A stretch of DNA of 64,000 nucleotides from Candidatus Thorarchaeota archaeon (GCA_003345545.1 PRDH01000012.1:19177-83176); one strand, 5' to 3'; positions 48,296-57,749 are shown, counted from the stretch's first letter. Translations and numbers: made by a program. Notes: a model not told the origin generated them from the sequence alone.

Positions 48296-49735
48296 TCACA
48301 CAAGTCTGTAGTGACCTGGTCGCGGTTCATAGAGCACGCCGCTATCCTTCATCCGCGTCAGGTTCTCTGCAGCAACGTAGCGCTCAACACCTGCTTCTTG
48401 AGCAATCTCATCTAAGGTCGGACCAAGATCGCCCTGTTTCCCGGCATCCAGCTGCCGAATGGCTTTCAGGACCTTTGTATTGAATTTATCAATGCGACTA
48501 CCTTTTCCCCAGTCCTCTTCTGATTTCCTCTTGACCTCAGCTATTTCTATGAACTCCTTCAGTGCTGGTTCGACAACCCTGTCCCAAGACTGCTTGATCT
48601 CACTTGCAGTGACTTTGTCACTCCAGGATGCCCGTGCCGTTGAACGCGCGATTTTCAGTGCGCTCATCGGTCTGCCTAGCGAATCGGCATCAAGCACCTT
48701 CCCTCGAGCTAGGGCACTCTCTCCTAGCCCGAAACTCTCTTGGAGTGCCTCTAGCCTTGACAATACATGCTTTGTGCCGGTGTCAATACTACGCTGAGAT
48801 ACCACTGGAGTCAATAGCTGATAGGTAATTGCTGACTTCAAGATTGGCAATTGAAGTTCTGCGGGGTTTCCCGTCTCAATCCAGAAGTCCTCGGACGCAA
48901 GCGCGAGAGGGATATCTGGTAATGCAGCGGTCTCTGGTTCCGTCATCGTGCCAACTGAGACCTCTCTGAAGCCAGACGGGTCTCTACGCTCAACGCAAAT
49001 CCGCTCCAGTCTTGATTTCGGTAGTGAACCAATATCAATCCTGAACATTCGTGGTGTAGGAACCCTGATTCCACGTACATCCTGCACAGAGATCTTCCTG
49101 TTCCTCATGGTTGGCGGGAGAACTCGTCTTATGAATGACAGGAATCTATGCACTTCAGCCGTGGAGGCAATTGCCTGAATACCTGTAGTCAGGCCTCCAA
49201 CAGCCGTCTGATAGGGGGGGCTGGAAACAAAGAGTCTGGCAAAGACGCGCTTGCTTGCCTCAGCCATCCCTACTCGCTCGAACAGCATCCTCGAGAGCTC
49301 AGCGAGACTCAATGGAGGCGCAATCTGGGAGGAGATGTCTATCGAGAGTTCTTGACACGATTCTGCGGTTATAGCGCGAAGCACAGTCTGTGAATGCTGG
49401 AGAACAGATGGAGCTGCCACTCTCTTGCCCGTCACTTCCACATAGGCACCATCATCAGGCATATTCTGGCCTCGCTCAAAGAACACAAATTCACCCTCAA
49501 GCAACCAAGGACTGGGGGTCAAGAGAATCAATGATGTGTCACGGGTGTGCCGTACAAATCCACGATACAGGAACCTTTGACCTCTGAGGCGTTCACTGAA
49601 TCTCTGGAGGAATGCAAACTCCCACTTGGCAAGCTCCGTCCCAAATTGTCTACTGAAGATGTCGCTTGAACTGGAAACATCTGCAAGCCTATCAAAGGCA
49701 GAACCATGTTCAGCAAGCATATCTTCAGGGTCCAT
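48296..49735 (-). CDS. Divergent MCM-like protein lacking Walker A
   Basis: OB-like GAYVEVTG, AAA lid GRPMSALKIARSTARASWSDKVT, C-terminal WH GVLYEPRPGHYRLV. Confidence 0.6.
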   Translation of the reverse strand: MDPEDMLAEHGSAFDRLADVSSSSDIFSRQFGTELAKWEFAFLQRFSERLRGQRFLYRGFVRHTRDTSLILLTPSPWLLEGEFVFFERGQNMPDDGAYVEVTGKRVAAPSVLQHSQTVLRAITAESCQELSIDISSQIAPPLSLAELSRMLFERVGMAEASKRVFARLFVSSPPYQTAVGGLTTGIQAIASTAEVHRFLSFIRRVLPPTMRNRKISVQDVRGIRVPTPRMFRIDIGSLPKSRLERICVERRDPSGFREVSVGTMTEPETAALPDIPLALASEDFWIETGNPAELQLPILKSAITYQLLTPVVSQRSIDTGTKHVLSRLEALQESFGLGESALARGKVLDADSLGRPMSALKIARSTARASWSDKVTASEIKQSWDRVVEPALKEFIEIAEVKRKSEEDWGKGSRIDKFNTKVLKAIRQLDAGKQGDLGPTLDEIAQEAGVERYVAAENLTRMKDSGVLYEPRPGHYRLV

Positions 49736-49764
49736 TTGTCAGTCACATCCTGTAGTCGCATGAG

Positions 49765-50748
49765 TTAGTGTTTCTTTCCCGCTCTGTGTTGATATTCTTG
49801 ATAAGCACGCGGATGAAGTACGGCCAGTTCCTCAAGTGTTGGTAGACGTTCTCTGTAGGTTCTGTATGATTGGCCAGGTTTCACTGAACCTATCTCACGC
49901 CCAAGAAGCGGTTTCAGTCTCTTATTGATTTCAAATCCCACAAAGTGCCGAAATGCTGACTTTGCTGCGACCGCAGTTGTACCATTTCCCATGAAGGGAT
50001 CTAATACTAGGTCGCCAGGTCTTGAGGAGAAGTCGATACAGCGAGCAACGACATCGAGTGGAAGCTTAGTGCCATTCTTTGCAAGTCCAGCTCTGTACTT
50101 GCGGTTCACAATCCATACGTCCTCGGGATAGTTTTCTATCTTGTTGAAGAAGTGCGCACCTGTATCTTTGACGAGCAGCACAATATGATAGTGACTTGTC
50201 ACGAACCTTCGTTTTGTATAGACCCCAAAGGGATAATGCCAAATCAGATGGTTCAATGTTTCGAGACCAGCCTCTTCTGCTCCAGCCAGAATAGCTCCAA
50301 GATTCGTCCACCCACTGAATACGTAGGCGGAGGCGTCATTCCTCATTATTCGAGGAAGTTGACTCATCCACTGTTTCGTGAACTCGTCATAGGACCCCTG
50401 AGCCTCTGTGTAGCCACCAACCACGAGGGACTCATTACGATTATAGACACTGCTCTTCCCATCGAAATCTATTCCAAAAGGAGGGTCAGCAATAACCAGG
50501 TCAACTGATGACTCCGGTAGTTGTTTCATGCCCTCCATGCATTCCATGAACAACACAGTGTCCTGTTCAAACTCCTTAAGCACATGCGTCTTATTGGCAA
50601 AGAGCTGCTTTGCCTCCTGGTATGTCCAATCAAAGGTCGGTTCAAAGTAGAACTCGGCAAGATGTGGAATATAGGGAGTTGATCGTACCTTCTCTGACTT
50701 ACTCTTCTTTTTGCCAGAGTTCGTGTCGACTGTCATGAGCAACTCCAT
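49765..50748 (-). CDS. Site-specific DNA amino-methyltransferase (N6A/N4C, beta class)
   Basis: DLVIADPPF catalytic motif precedes LVLDPFMGNGTT SAM-binding motif. Confidence 0.92.
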   Translation of the reverse strand: MELLMTVDTNSGKKKSKSEKVRSTPYIPHLAEFYFEPTFDWTYQEAKQLFANKTHVLKEFEQDTVLFMECMEGMKQLPESSVDLVIADPPFGIDFDGKSSVYNRNESLVVGGYTEAQGSYDEFTKQWMSQLPRIMRNDASAYVFSGWTNLGAILAGAEEAGLETLNHLIWHYPFGVYTKRRFVTSHYHIVLLVKDTGAHFFNKIENYPEDVWIVNRKYRAGLAKNGTKLPLDVVARCIDFSSRPGDLVLDPFMGNGTTAVAAKSAFRHFVGFEINKRLKPLLGREIGSVKPGQSYRTYRERLPTLEELAVLHPRAYQEYQHRAGKKH

Positions 50749-50796
50749 AGATTCTTTCCTGTCGCTTCTTCTTAAGAGTAGTCATACCTTTTTCGA

Positions 50797-51879
50797 CTAG
50801 AGCACGTCTGAGGGATCTACCTTGCGAAAGACTGCACGCTGAGTCATCCAGTCCATTGGATTCTCGGGCGGGGGTGGCTTCTCTGCAGGTTCCTTTCTGA
50901 TGAGCTCTAGTGCAGATTCGGGGCACACCATGGCACAGACCCCACATCCAATACATCTTGTTGTATTGGGAACACATACGTCTTCAGGGACGCTGAGAGC
51001 ACGGAACTGACATCTATCTATGCATGTTCCGCATCCAGTGCATAGGTCTGCATTCACCGAGATTACGAAGTCGGTCTTGATGTACTCACGAGGATTGCTG
51101 AGTGTGTTGACACCCCTGAGAACAGCACAACAGCATGTACAGCAGTTACAGATGTAGTAATGACCTGTCTGTGTGTTGTATGAACAGTGGATAAGACCTG
51201 CTTCCTCTGCCTGCTTCAGAAGTCTCAGTGACTCCTCTTTCGTGACTGGCTTTGTAAGCTCATCATCATCAAATGCGTGTTCTCTGTTCGGGACAAAGGC
51301 CATGCAGACAGTCGTCGGATAGGAACAAGGCTGTCCAAGAAGTGATTTCTGCTTCTTGCAGATGCATTCTCGAATCCCCCACGAGGCAGCATTCTCAAGA
51401 AGCTGCTCTGCCTGCTCGTAGGGATAAATCTCGAGCTCGCCTCTGATGCTCTGATTGACAGGAATGACCTTGAAGATGACAGGCTCTATTGCAGAGATTT
51501 TCTTGAATCCGTGTTTAAAGTACTGCTCCAGCAGTTGCGCGAACTCCTTGTCCATACGATTCAGTTGTTCTTCGTAGATTCCAACTGCAAAGGGGAGCAG
51601 TCCATACTTTCTGCTCCCCGCGCTCTTCGATATCCATGAACTGATTTGGCCCTTAGACAGCATAGTGGTAAGAAGCTGATTGAGTTTCTTCTTTGGAATC
51701 CTCAGACGACCTGCTATCTCGTCTAGAGTTTCGCCTCGAAGTTTCAGTTTACTAGCAAGTTCTGCCTCCTCAGGGGTAAAGATCCACTCAAGTATTTTCA
51801 GATGGGTTCCGTCTTCAACAGCTGGAAATCCATTAGGGATTTTGTCTAGCGTTGCGGCTAGTTTCTCGTAGGAATTCAT
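50797..51879 (-). CDS. Multi-Fe-S (4Fe-4S dicluster) protein with N-terminal HTH-like region
   Basis: C.C, ICNCCTCCC, CTGCGTCIDRCQ, CIGCGVCAMVCP. Confidence 0.88.
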   Translation of the reverse strand: MNSYEKLAATLDKIPNGFPAVEDGTHLKILEWIFTPEEAELASKLKLRGETLDEIAGRLRIPKKKLNQLLTTMLSKGQISSWISKSAGSRKYGLLPFAVGIYEEQLNRMDKEFAQLLEQYFKHGFKKISAIEPVIFKVIPVNQSIRGELEIYPYEQAEQLLENAASWGIRECICKKQKSLLGQPCSYPTTVCMAFVPNREHAFDDDELTKPVTKEESLRLLKQAEEAGLIHCSYNTQTGHYYICNCCTCCCAVLRGVNTLSNPREYIKTDFVISVNADLCTGCGTCIDRCQFRALSVPEDVCVPNTTRCIGCGVCAMVCPESALELIRKEPAEKPPPPENPMDWMTQRAVFRKVDPSDVL

Positions 51880-52011
51880 CTCTGGCACAGCTCCGTAGTA
51901 GTGTACACAGATGCTGATTAGTCTTCTGTCAAGCAAAAACATGCCCTTGGAAAACCTTTACTGCATTTGTTACAGATAGTAACACTTGTGCAGAACAGGG
52001 GCTGAAGTACT

Positions 52012-53220
52012 GTGAGAACCTGTGCAAGTTGCGGAAAGGCTAACCTTCCTACTAGGAAATACTGCGTGCGCTGCGGCAAGTCTCTCCTCTCCTCAAGAGT
52101 GGATGAATCGACGAAGACGCCCACACGGCCGACCGATAGGCTGGAGAGTGTTGAAGTAGTAAAGCCGCGAGCGGAACCAGTGAAGCCCGTCAGGCAATCT
52201 CCTGACACTCTGAAGGTCACGACTGATGATAAATGGGTGAGGCCCAGCGAAGTATCCAAGGATAGACTGAGAACGACATCGTCTAGCAAAGGCAAATCCG
52301 AGATGGAGAAAGCAAGAGAGGCGTTTGCGAGAGCAGAGCAAATCGGCATCAAAGAGGAAGGAGGGGACATTGTCGAGACCAGAATGCTCAGGGCAAGCGA
52401 TGTTCGAGAACTCATGCATGAAGTTGCCACTCAGCCTCAAACACCCCAGCGACCAGCCGAAACAACACCAAGTCAGTCTATGCAAAGACCACTGCAAACA
52501 CCGAGAGAGCCAACTCGACCAATGCCAAGCAAAGCAAATCCTGTTGGGACACCCATAGAGCAGGCAAGAGTCCAACCTGCAACTACATCAGTGAGCCCCT
52601 CATTTGCCAAGTCAGAACCACCGAGAATGACAAGCGCACCCAGCGATACTGCTTTTTCCCAAGATAGACAGTCCACCCTGATGCAGCAACATCCACAAGG
52701 AAGACCACCCCTCCGAGCGGCGTCCAATGCACTGAGTGCTGAACCAGCTACAATATCCTCCCTCAGCAAGGCTCGCGATGCGCCAATTCCTGAGATGGAT
52801 ACGATAAGAGCATGCATTACGCAACCTGAGGACCTTCTGGACAGCAAGATCAAGGATGGCATAACTGAGCTAACAAGCCTCCATAGAGAGAAGCAGCAAG
52901 TCTTGGCAGATCAGACTGCTATCAGTTCACAGCTTGATGCGAGTGTACGAGAGAGCCAGAACAAGGCAGAGGTCAAGAGGCTGCACTATGAAAGCATCAA
53001 TGACAAGATGCGACTAGCAAAACAAGAGTTGGATGATGCAAAAGAGGAGTTCGATAAGGTAGAAAATCGAAGAAAACGAGAACTCTCTGCACTGGACGAC
53101 CGAATCAAGAACATCCAGAAGCGAATCGAAAAGGCAGAGGGAGCAGTCAAGAAGCGCGTTGGGGAGCTCAATAAGGTTCGGGAAAAGATCGCGCAGCTCC
53201 AGAAACAAGAGTCACCATAG
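52012..53220 (+). CDS. Zn-ribbon / disordered linker / long coiled-coil protein
   Basis: CASCG...YCVRCG, Pro/Thr/Gln/Ser-rich middle, ~130-aa heptad C-terminus. Confidence 0.8.
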   Translation: MRTCASCGKANLPTRKYCVRCGKSLLSSRVDESTKTPTRPTDRLESVEVVKPRAEPVKPVRQSPDTLKVTTDDKWVRPSEVSKDRLRTTSSSKGKSEMEKAREAFARAEQIGIKEEGGDIVETRMLRASDVRELMHEVATQPQTPQRPAETTPSQSMQRPLQTPREPTRPMPSKANPVGTPIEQARVQPATTSVSPSFAKSEPPRMTSAPSDTAFSQDRQSTLMQQHPQGRPPLRAASNALSAEPATISSLSKARDAPIPEMDTIRACITQPEDLLDSKIKDGITELTSLHREKQQVLADQTAISSQLDASVRESQNKAEVKRLHYESINDKMRLAKQELDDAKEEFDKVENRRKRELSALDDRIKNIQKRIEKAEGAVKKRVGELNKVREKIAQLQKQESP

Positions 53221-53289
53221 GCTTCGCGTAGCTCGGAGTATTCGAGTAGAGGGAATATCAGGAGGAGCCCTGGGGTACGTCATCAAGAA

Positions 53290-54375
53290 GTGGTGCGCAG
53301 TTTGAATGCCGTAGTCGCAGCAGTCAATCTCAGAGAGCATAAGCGTGATGCCGTCAAAGAAGCCTGTAATCTAATTGGTGGAATTGAGGATATTGATGTT
53401 CCGGAGCGCGAGGTTGCTATCAAGGTTGGGGTATTCTCCCCTGTAATCGGATCGTATTCGACAGTGGAAACAGTTGAAGGAATCATCAGAGCGTTCGCAC
53501 GTTCACCAAAGAAGTATCTTGTCGAAACTGACAACTATCAGGGAACTGCTACTGATAGACTGAAGGTCTGGGAGTCACTATTCTCAGACAGGGTCGTTCC
53601 TGTGAATCTCTCAGAGGAGACTGAAACGATTCCAGTTAGGATTCCCAATCCAATCAAAGATGTGACCATTGACCTTGCTAAGTTAGTCATCAAACCACGT
53701 GTCTTTGTGGATACACATGTCATGAGAGCTTATGATAGAGGAAGCATTCTCAAGAACCTCTTTGGTCTTCCACCCACCAGCAAGAAGGTACAGTACCACA
53801 AGAGCGAGATCTTCTTCAATGTCCTGACATCTCTCTATGAGGCCATTGGAGGAGTTGACCTAGCAGTCTTGGACGCAACGTACTACTCGTATTCGTTCAA
53901 AGGGAAGGACGCGAGAACAAGGACCGACACTCTGTTTGTTGGCCGTGACGCTGTGGCAGTGGAGGCCATCGGGCTTCATCTGGCAGGCATCAATCCCCAT
54001 AAGGCACAGGTGATTCAGTCATTCGTAGAGCGAGGTTTCGGCATTGGTGATCTTGACAAGATTGAAGTCGTCGGTGTCCCCATGGATAGACTCGAAGCCA
54101 ATTTCAAAGAGGCAAGAACGGAACTCGAAGCAGAGATGGCACAGAAGCCGGATCCGTGGTCAGCTTCAAAGGCTGTCAGTGCGCTCGTGAAGAGTGGCTA
54201 TTTCACATTTCCCAACAAGCGCACGATGCAAGACATCATGACAGCTCTCATAGAGGCCGACCCTAGAACGAAGAAGAGGGACAAGATGATATACAGCACC
54301 GTCAGAAGGCGGTTTGAAAATGGAAAGTTGCAAGGTGAGAAGACAGATAGTGACTGGCTCTATTGGACGAACTGA
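53290..54375 (+). CDS. DUF362-like protein with C-terminal winged helix
   Basis: VAIK, LKNLFG, L.VLDA, GRD.VAVE, G.G.GDL..IEV.G. Confidence 0.75.
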   Translation: MVRSLNAVVAAVNLREHKRDAVKEACNLIGGIEDIDVPEREVAIKVGVFSPVIGSYSTVETVEGIIRAFARSPKKYLVETDNYQGTATDRLKVWESLFSDRVVPVNLSEETETIPVRIPNPIKDVTIDLAKLVIKPRVFVDTHVMRAYDRGSILKNLFGLPPTSKKVQYHKSEIFFNVLTSLYEAIGGVDLAVLDATYYSYSFKGKDARTRTDTLFVGRDAVAVEAIGLHLAGINPHKAQVIQSFVERGFGIGDLDKIEVVGVPMDRLEANFKEARTELEAEMAQKPDPWSASKAVSALVKSGYFTFPNKRTMQDIMTALIEADPRTKKRDKMIYSTVRRRFENGKLQGEKTDSDWLYWTN

Positions 54376-54432
54376 TCAATTGAGCTTGTTCTTAGACGAC
54401 CCTTGGCTTGAGTGAGCACTGTACATGTGGAC

Positions 54433-55716
54433 TCATACCATAAGGACGAGGAAGAACAGATAGACAAGCGTCTGCAATATAGTAAGTGGAACGCCGACCT
54501 TCGCGAATTCCAGGAAACTCAGGGTTTCACCCTGCTTCTCAGCATTCTGTATGATGATCACATTGCTGGCAGCACCAAGAATGAGCATGTTTCCAGCTAT
54601 AGTGCTCCCTGCCGCCAGTGCCATGAGTTGAGGGATGGTGGAACCGGAAATCGTGAGAAGAGGAAGATACAATGCGACAAGGGGCACATTCGATATCAGT
54701 TGACTGAACAACACTCCGACTACCATGATTGCTGGGATGGATGTGATGCCCACGTTGAAACTGACAAGAAGTTCCTGGAAGAAGCCACTCTGCCAGACAC
54801 TAGCCATCAGGACAAACATTGAAGCGAAGAACACCAGCGTTGCCCAGTCTATGTTCTTGACAATCTTCACTCTTTCAGAACTTAGGAAGAGAATAGGTAG
54901 GGAAGCAACGAGAGCAATATAGGAGAGCCTCATGTCAATCCAAGGGGCAGTAATACCCAAGAATATCTTCACTACAATGAGAACAACAATCAGACCTAGT
55001 GATGCCTTGGCAATTCTGGCTTGTGTACTATTAGGGACAGCCCTATCGAAATTGCCAGGCACAATCTCTGACCCAAATTGATGTCTATAGACTACCTTCA
55101 AAACAAGAAAAGCAATGACCATCGACGCCAATGAAGGCAAGAATAGATACTGCAGGAAAGTGATGAATGGGGTGATCATACCCGAGCTTGCTATCAGAAG
55201 GTTCTGAGGATTTCCTATGGGACTCATTACACTTCCAGTGGTCACTGCCACCGCCAGGGTCATCAGAAGAAGTTTCGGTGAGATACTCTGCCTCTTGGAG
55301 ATGCTCAACAAGACAGGTGTACCTATGATTGCTAATGTGTCGTTCATCAGAATCGCTGAAACCAGGCCAATTGGGAAGAGTATCAAGAGAACGAGATGAT
55401 CCATATTCCTTGCGCGATGAAACAACTTGAATGATAGTATATTGAGGTATCCACTTGTCTGCAGAGCCTCACCCACGACGAACATTCCGAATAGGAAGAC
55501 CATGACATCAATGTTGATCGAGTACAGTGCATCGATGGGAGAAATTTGGCCCAGCAGCAGAACTACTATGGCTCCGATTGTCATTGCCTGCCATATCTTG
55601 ATGTGGTTATGACCAATCCTTCTGATGGCAATCATCGCAAAGACGATTGCCAGCACAATGACCGGAATCCATGAAGTAACTGCCAAATCTACATCGGATA
55701 ACGCTCGCGAGTACAC
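54433..55716 (-). CDS. ArsB/NhaD/SLC13-type anion permease
   Basis: Many TMs; SA.L.ND, SPIGNPQN, ISNVP, AGN....GAASN. Confidence 0.9.
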   Translation of the reverse strand: MYSRALSDVDLAVTSWIPVIVLAIVFAMIAIRRIGHNHIKIWQAMTIGAIVVLLLGQISPIDALYSINIDVMVFLFGMFVVGEALQTSGYLNILSFKLFHRARNMDHLVLLILFPIGLVSAILMNDTLAIIGTPVLLSISKRQSISPKLLLMTLAVAVTTGSVMSPIGNPQNLLIASSGMITPFITFLQYLFLPSLASMVIAFLVLKVVYRHQFGSEIVPGNFDRAVPNSTQARIAKASLGLIVVLIVVKIFLGITAPWIDMRLSYIALVASLPILFLSSERVKIVKNIDWATLVFFASMFVLMASVWQSGFFQELLVSFNVGITSIPAIMVVGVLFSQLISNVPLVALYLPLLTISGSTIPQLMALAAGSTIAGNMLILGAASNVIIIQNAEKQGETLSFLEFAKVGVPLTILQTLVYLFFLVLMV

Positions 55717-55757
55717 AACTTATAGAGCAATCTGTCAGACCACGATATGAAAGGGGA

Positions 55758-55931
55758 TTAAGTGCGGCTTGTTAATGAATGACCCATCATGTAAAATCCA
55801 AGAGTGCCAATTGCCAATCCAAAGAAACCGAATATCGTGAGGACGTTCACTTGTATCTATACACCTCTTGACCATAGAGCCACTAAGATGAACAACCCAC
55901 CAACCGCAAACTCAATGTCACGTTGCACCAT
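55758..55931 (-). pseudogene. Small two-TM membrane ORF interrupted by an in-frame TAG
   Basis: GAGGA SD, ATG 55931, MVQRDIEFAVGGLFILVALWSRGV*IQVNVLTIFGFFGLAIGTLGFYMMGHSLTSRT. Confidence 0.4.
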
Positions 55932-56037
55932 TACTAGTTCCTCAAGAAACCAAGGTCATACTGAGGTTTATTCCTATAGGCAGAATCAGACAATGTTTCC
56001 ACTCTTTCAGGACAGAATCGGCAAATGATTGATTATC

Positions 56038-56074
56038 GAAAACACGAGAGCGAAGAGCAAAAGACTCCCTCTTC
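56038..56074. repeat. Hairpin repeat copy 1 (degenerate)
   Basis: GAAAACACGAGAGCGAAGAGCAAAAGACTCCCTCTTC. Confidence 0.8.
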
Positions 56075-56169
56075 CATTCAGACCCCAGACTGAGTGAGTT
56101 ATTGTGTATTTAAGTGCATTCAGAACAAGGGATTCATAGGAGTCAAAGATTGAGTGGGTAGAATCTGGA

Positions 56170-56532
56170 ATGAGTGAGAGAAATTCTGAATATCCAGACT
56201 ATCCAAGGCGAGGGAGATATGGAGATACAACTCAGAGGTGTGCGTGGTGTGGAAGACCCACTGCCTACAGCGACCGATTCTGTGTAGGAGGTCTCTTTAG
56301 GCGCAACTATTGCTCGTTTACGTGTCGTGCGGCTGGGGATTATTATACTACCTTAGTTTTGGCAGTGTTTTATCCATTGTTTCTCATCTTGTTTTGCTGG
56401 TTCTTTAATATAGTTCCAGGTACAGCTGCCTTTCAGAGTATGTTGTTTATGATCGTATATCTTGGAATTCTACCAGCTATCTGCTTGTGGTCTTGCGTGT
56501 TTTGCGGCATGAGTGAACGAAGAGGGTCTTAA
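56170..56532 (+). CDS. Small Zn-finger (CxxC...CSxxC) membrane protein with two TMs
   Basis: CAWCG...YCSFTC followed by two hydrophobic helices. Confidence 0.7.
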   Translation: MSERNSEYPDYPRRGRYGDTTQRCAWCGRPTAYSDRFCVGGLFRRNYCSFTCRAAGDYYTTLVLAVFYPLFLILFCWFFNIVPGTAAFQSMLFMIVYLGILPAICLWSCVFCGMSERRGS

Positions 56533-56574
56533 ATGCCTCAAAAAGCCATCTGAATTCCTTAAGGAAGAATAATA

Positions 56575-56614
56575 GAAAAACAAGAGAGCGAAGAGGGAAA
56601 AGACTCCCTCTTCG
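56575..56614. repeat. Hairpin repeat copy 2 (perfect 10-bp stem)
   Basis: GAAAAACAAGAGAG-CGAAGAGGGA-AAAGAC-TCCCTCTTCG. Confidence 0.85.
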
Positions 56615-56863
56615 GAGATTAAGAACAGACGAGATATAGCAGTGAATGACCTCTCGTCCAACCAGAAGGAAAGCTATGAACCTAAGAGATATACTCATAC
56701 CACCGAAGTTCACAATACGTGCTAAGTTCGATGATGGTGTACTTCTCAGGATTACGATTCCAATTGGTATCAAAGTAGTGGTATGAGAGTTCTGCCTATA
56801 GCTAATAGTTAATATTGCTATAGAATTAACTATAGTAAATTATTTCTGTGTCAATCAGCTGGA

Positions 56864-57346
56864 GTGAACACAATGATAAGCAAAACGTCCAAGAAATTGG
56901 CAAAGATCGCAAAGAAGGTTGATGCCAAGCAGGTCACTGCGAAGCCAATCCTCCTCGCTGGAGGCAACCCTCAGATCCCCAAGGGTGATGGCGATGCCCC
57001 CGTGCAAGCCTACATCGCAGCCATGCCAGGCTGGAAACGTGATGTCGGGCGCCGTCTCGACGCGCTCATCGTACGCGCTGTCCCCGAAGTACGCAAGGCA
57101 GTCAGGTGGAACTCACCCTTCTATGGCATCGAAGGCCAGGGCTGGTTCCTCAACTTTCATTGTTTCACAAAGTACGTCAAAGTGGCTTTCTTCCGCGGCG
57201 CTTCACTGAGTCCTGTCCCCCCCGGCGATTCCAAGGATAAGAATGTGCGCTACCTCGACATCTACGAGGACGACCAGCTTGATGAAGCTCAACTCATCGA
57301 TTGGGTGAAGCAGGCTAGCCAATTGCCTGGCTGGGGTAAAACCTAA
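56864..57346 (+). CDS. DUF1801 (YdhG-like) protein
   Basis: LLAGGNPQIPKGDGDAPVQAYIAAMPGWK, KAVRWNSPFYG, YVKVAFF.G; visibly GC-richer than neighbours. Confidence 0.88.
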   Translation: MNTMISKTSKKLAKIAKKVDAKQVTAKPILLAGGNPQIPKGDGDAPVQAYIAAMPGWKRDVGRRLDALIVRAVPEVRKAVRWNSPFYGIEGQGWFLNFHCFTKYVKVAFFRGASLSPVPPGDSKDKNVRYLDIYEDDQLDEAQLIDWVKQASQLPGWGKT

Positions 57347-57375
57347 CAACTGTGAACTTCGAACTCCTTCTTCGA

Positions 57376-57648
57376 CTATTTGTAATATCCAGGCATCTTT
57401 GCCATCTTAAGTTGAAGCACTAAAGTTGGCCCAGAAACATCTACGAATAAAATATCAGTTGCATTAAAAATCAGAGCGATATCTTCATTTTCATATACTG
57501 CAAACTGACCGTAAGATTCCTTCCATCTTTGAATTTTAGATATCTCGCAAACCGTGTTCTCTAATGCCTTAATCTGCACTCCTTTCTCACCAAGCTCCGC
57601 TTTAGATAAAGCGGCTTTCAGCACTTCAAATTGAGGATATGAAATCAT
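57376..57648 (-). CDS. Hypothetical protein (AT-rich)
   Basis: 90-aa ORF with GGTGA SD before the ATG. Confidence 0.65.
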   Translation of the reverse strand: MISYPQFEVLKAALSKAELGEKGVQIKALENTVCEISKIQRWKESYGQFAVYENEDIALIFNATDILFVDVSGPTLVLQLKMAKMPGYYK

Positions 57649-57695
57649 CTAATCACCATGTAGTATTGTTAACAAAACATAATGAGAGTATTGGT

Positions 57696-57734
57696 GAAAA
57701 CAAGAGAGCGAAGGGGGCGTAGTGCCCACCTTCG
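57696..57734 (-). terminator. Actin 3' hairpin/pyrimidine tract (repeat copy 3)
   Basis: Minus strand CGAAGGTGGGC-ACTAC-GCCCCCTTCG-CTCTCTTGTTTTC, 15 nt after the actin stop. Confidence 0.7.
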
Positions 57735-57749
57735 AAAACAAAGTATAGA

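Noticed and set aside
56038-57734. CRISPR array or integron attC array
   Set aside because: Spacing is 0.5-1.1 kb rather than 30-45 nt, there are no RYYYAAC/GTTRRRY cores, and no cas or integrase gene is in the window.
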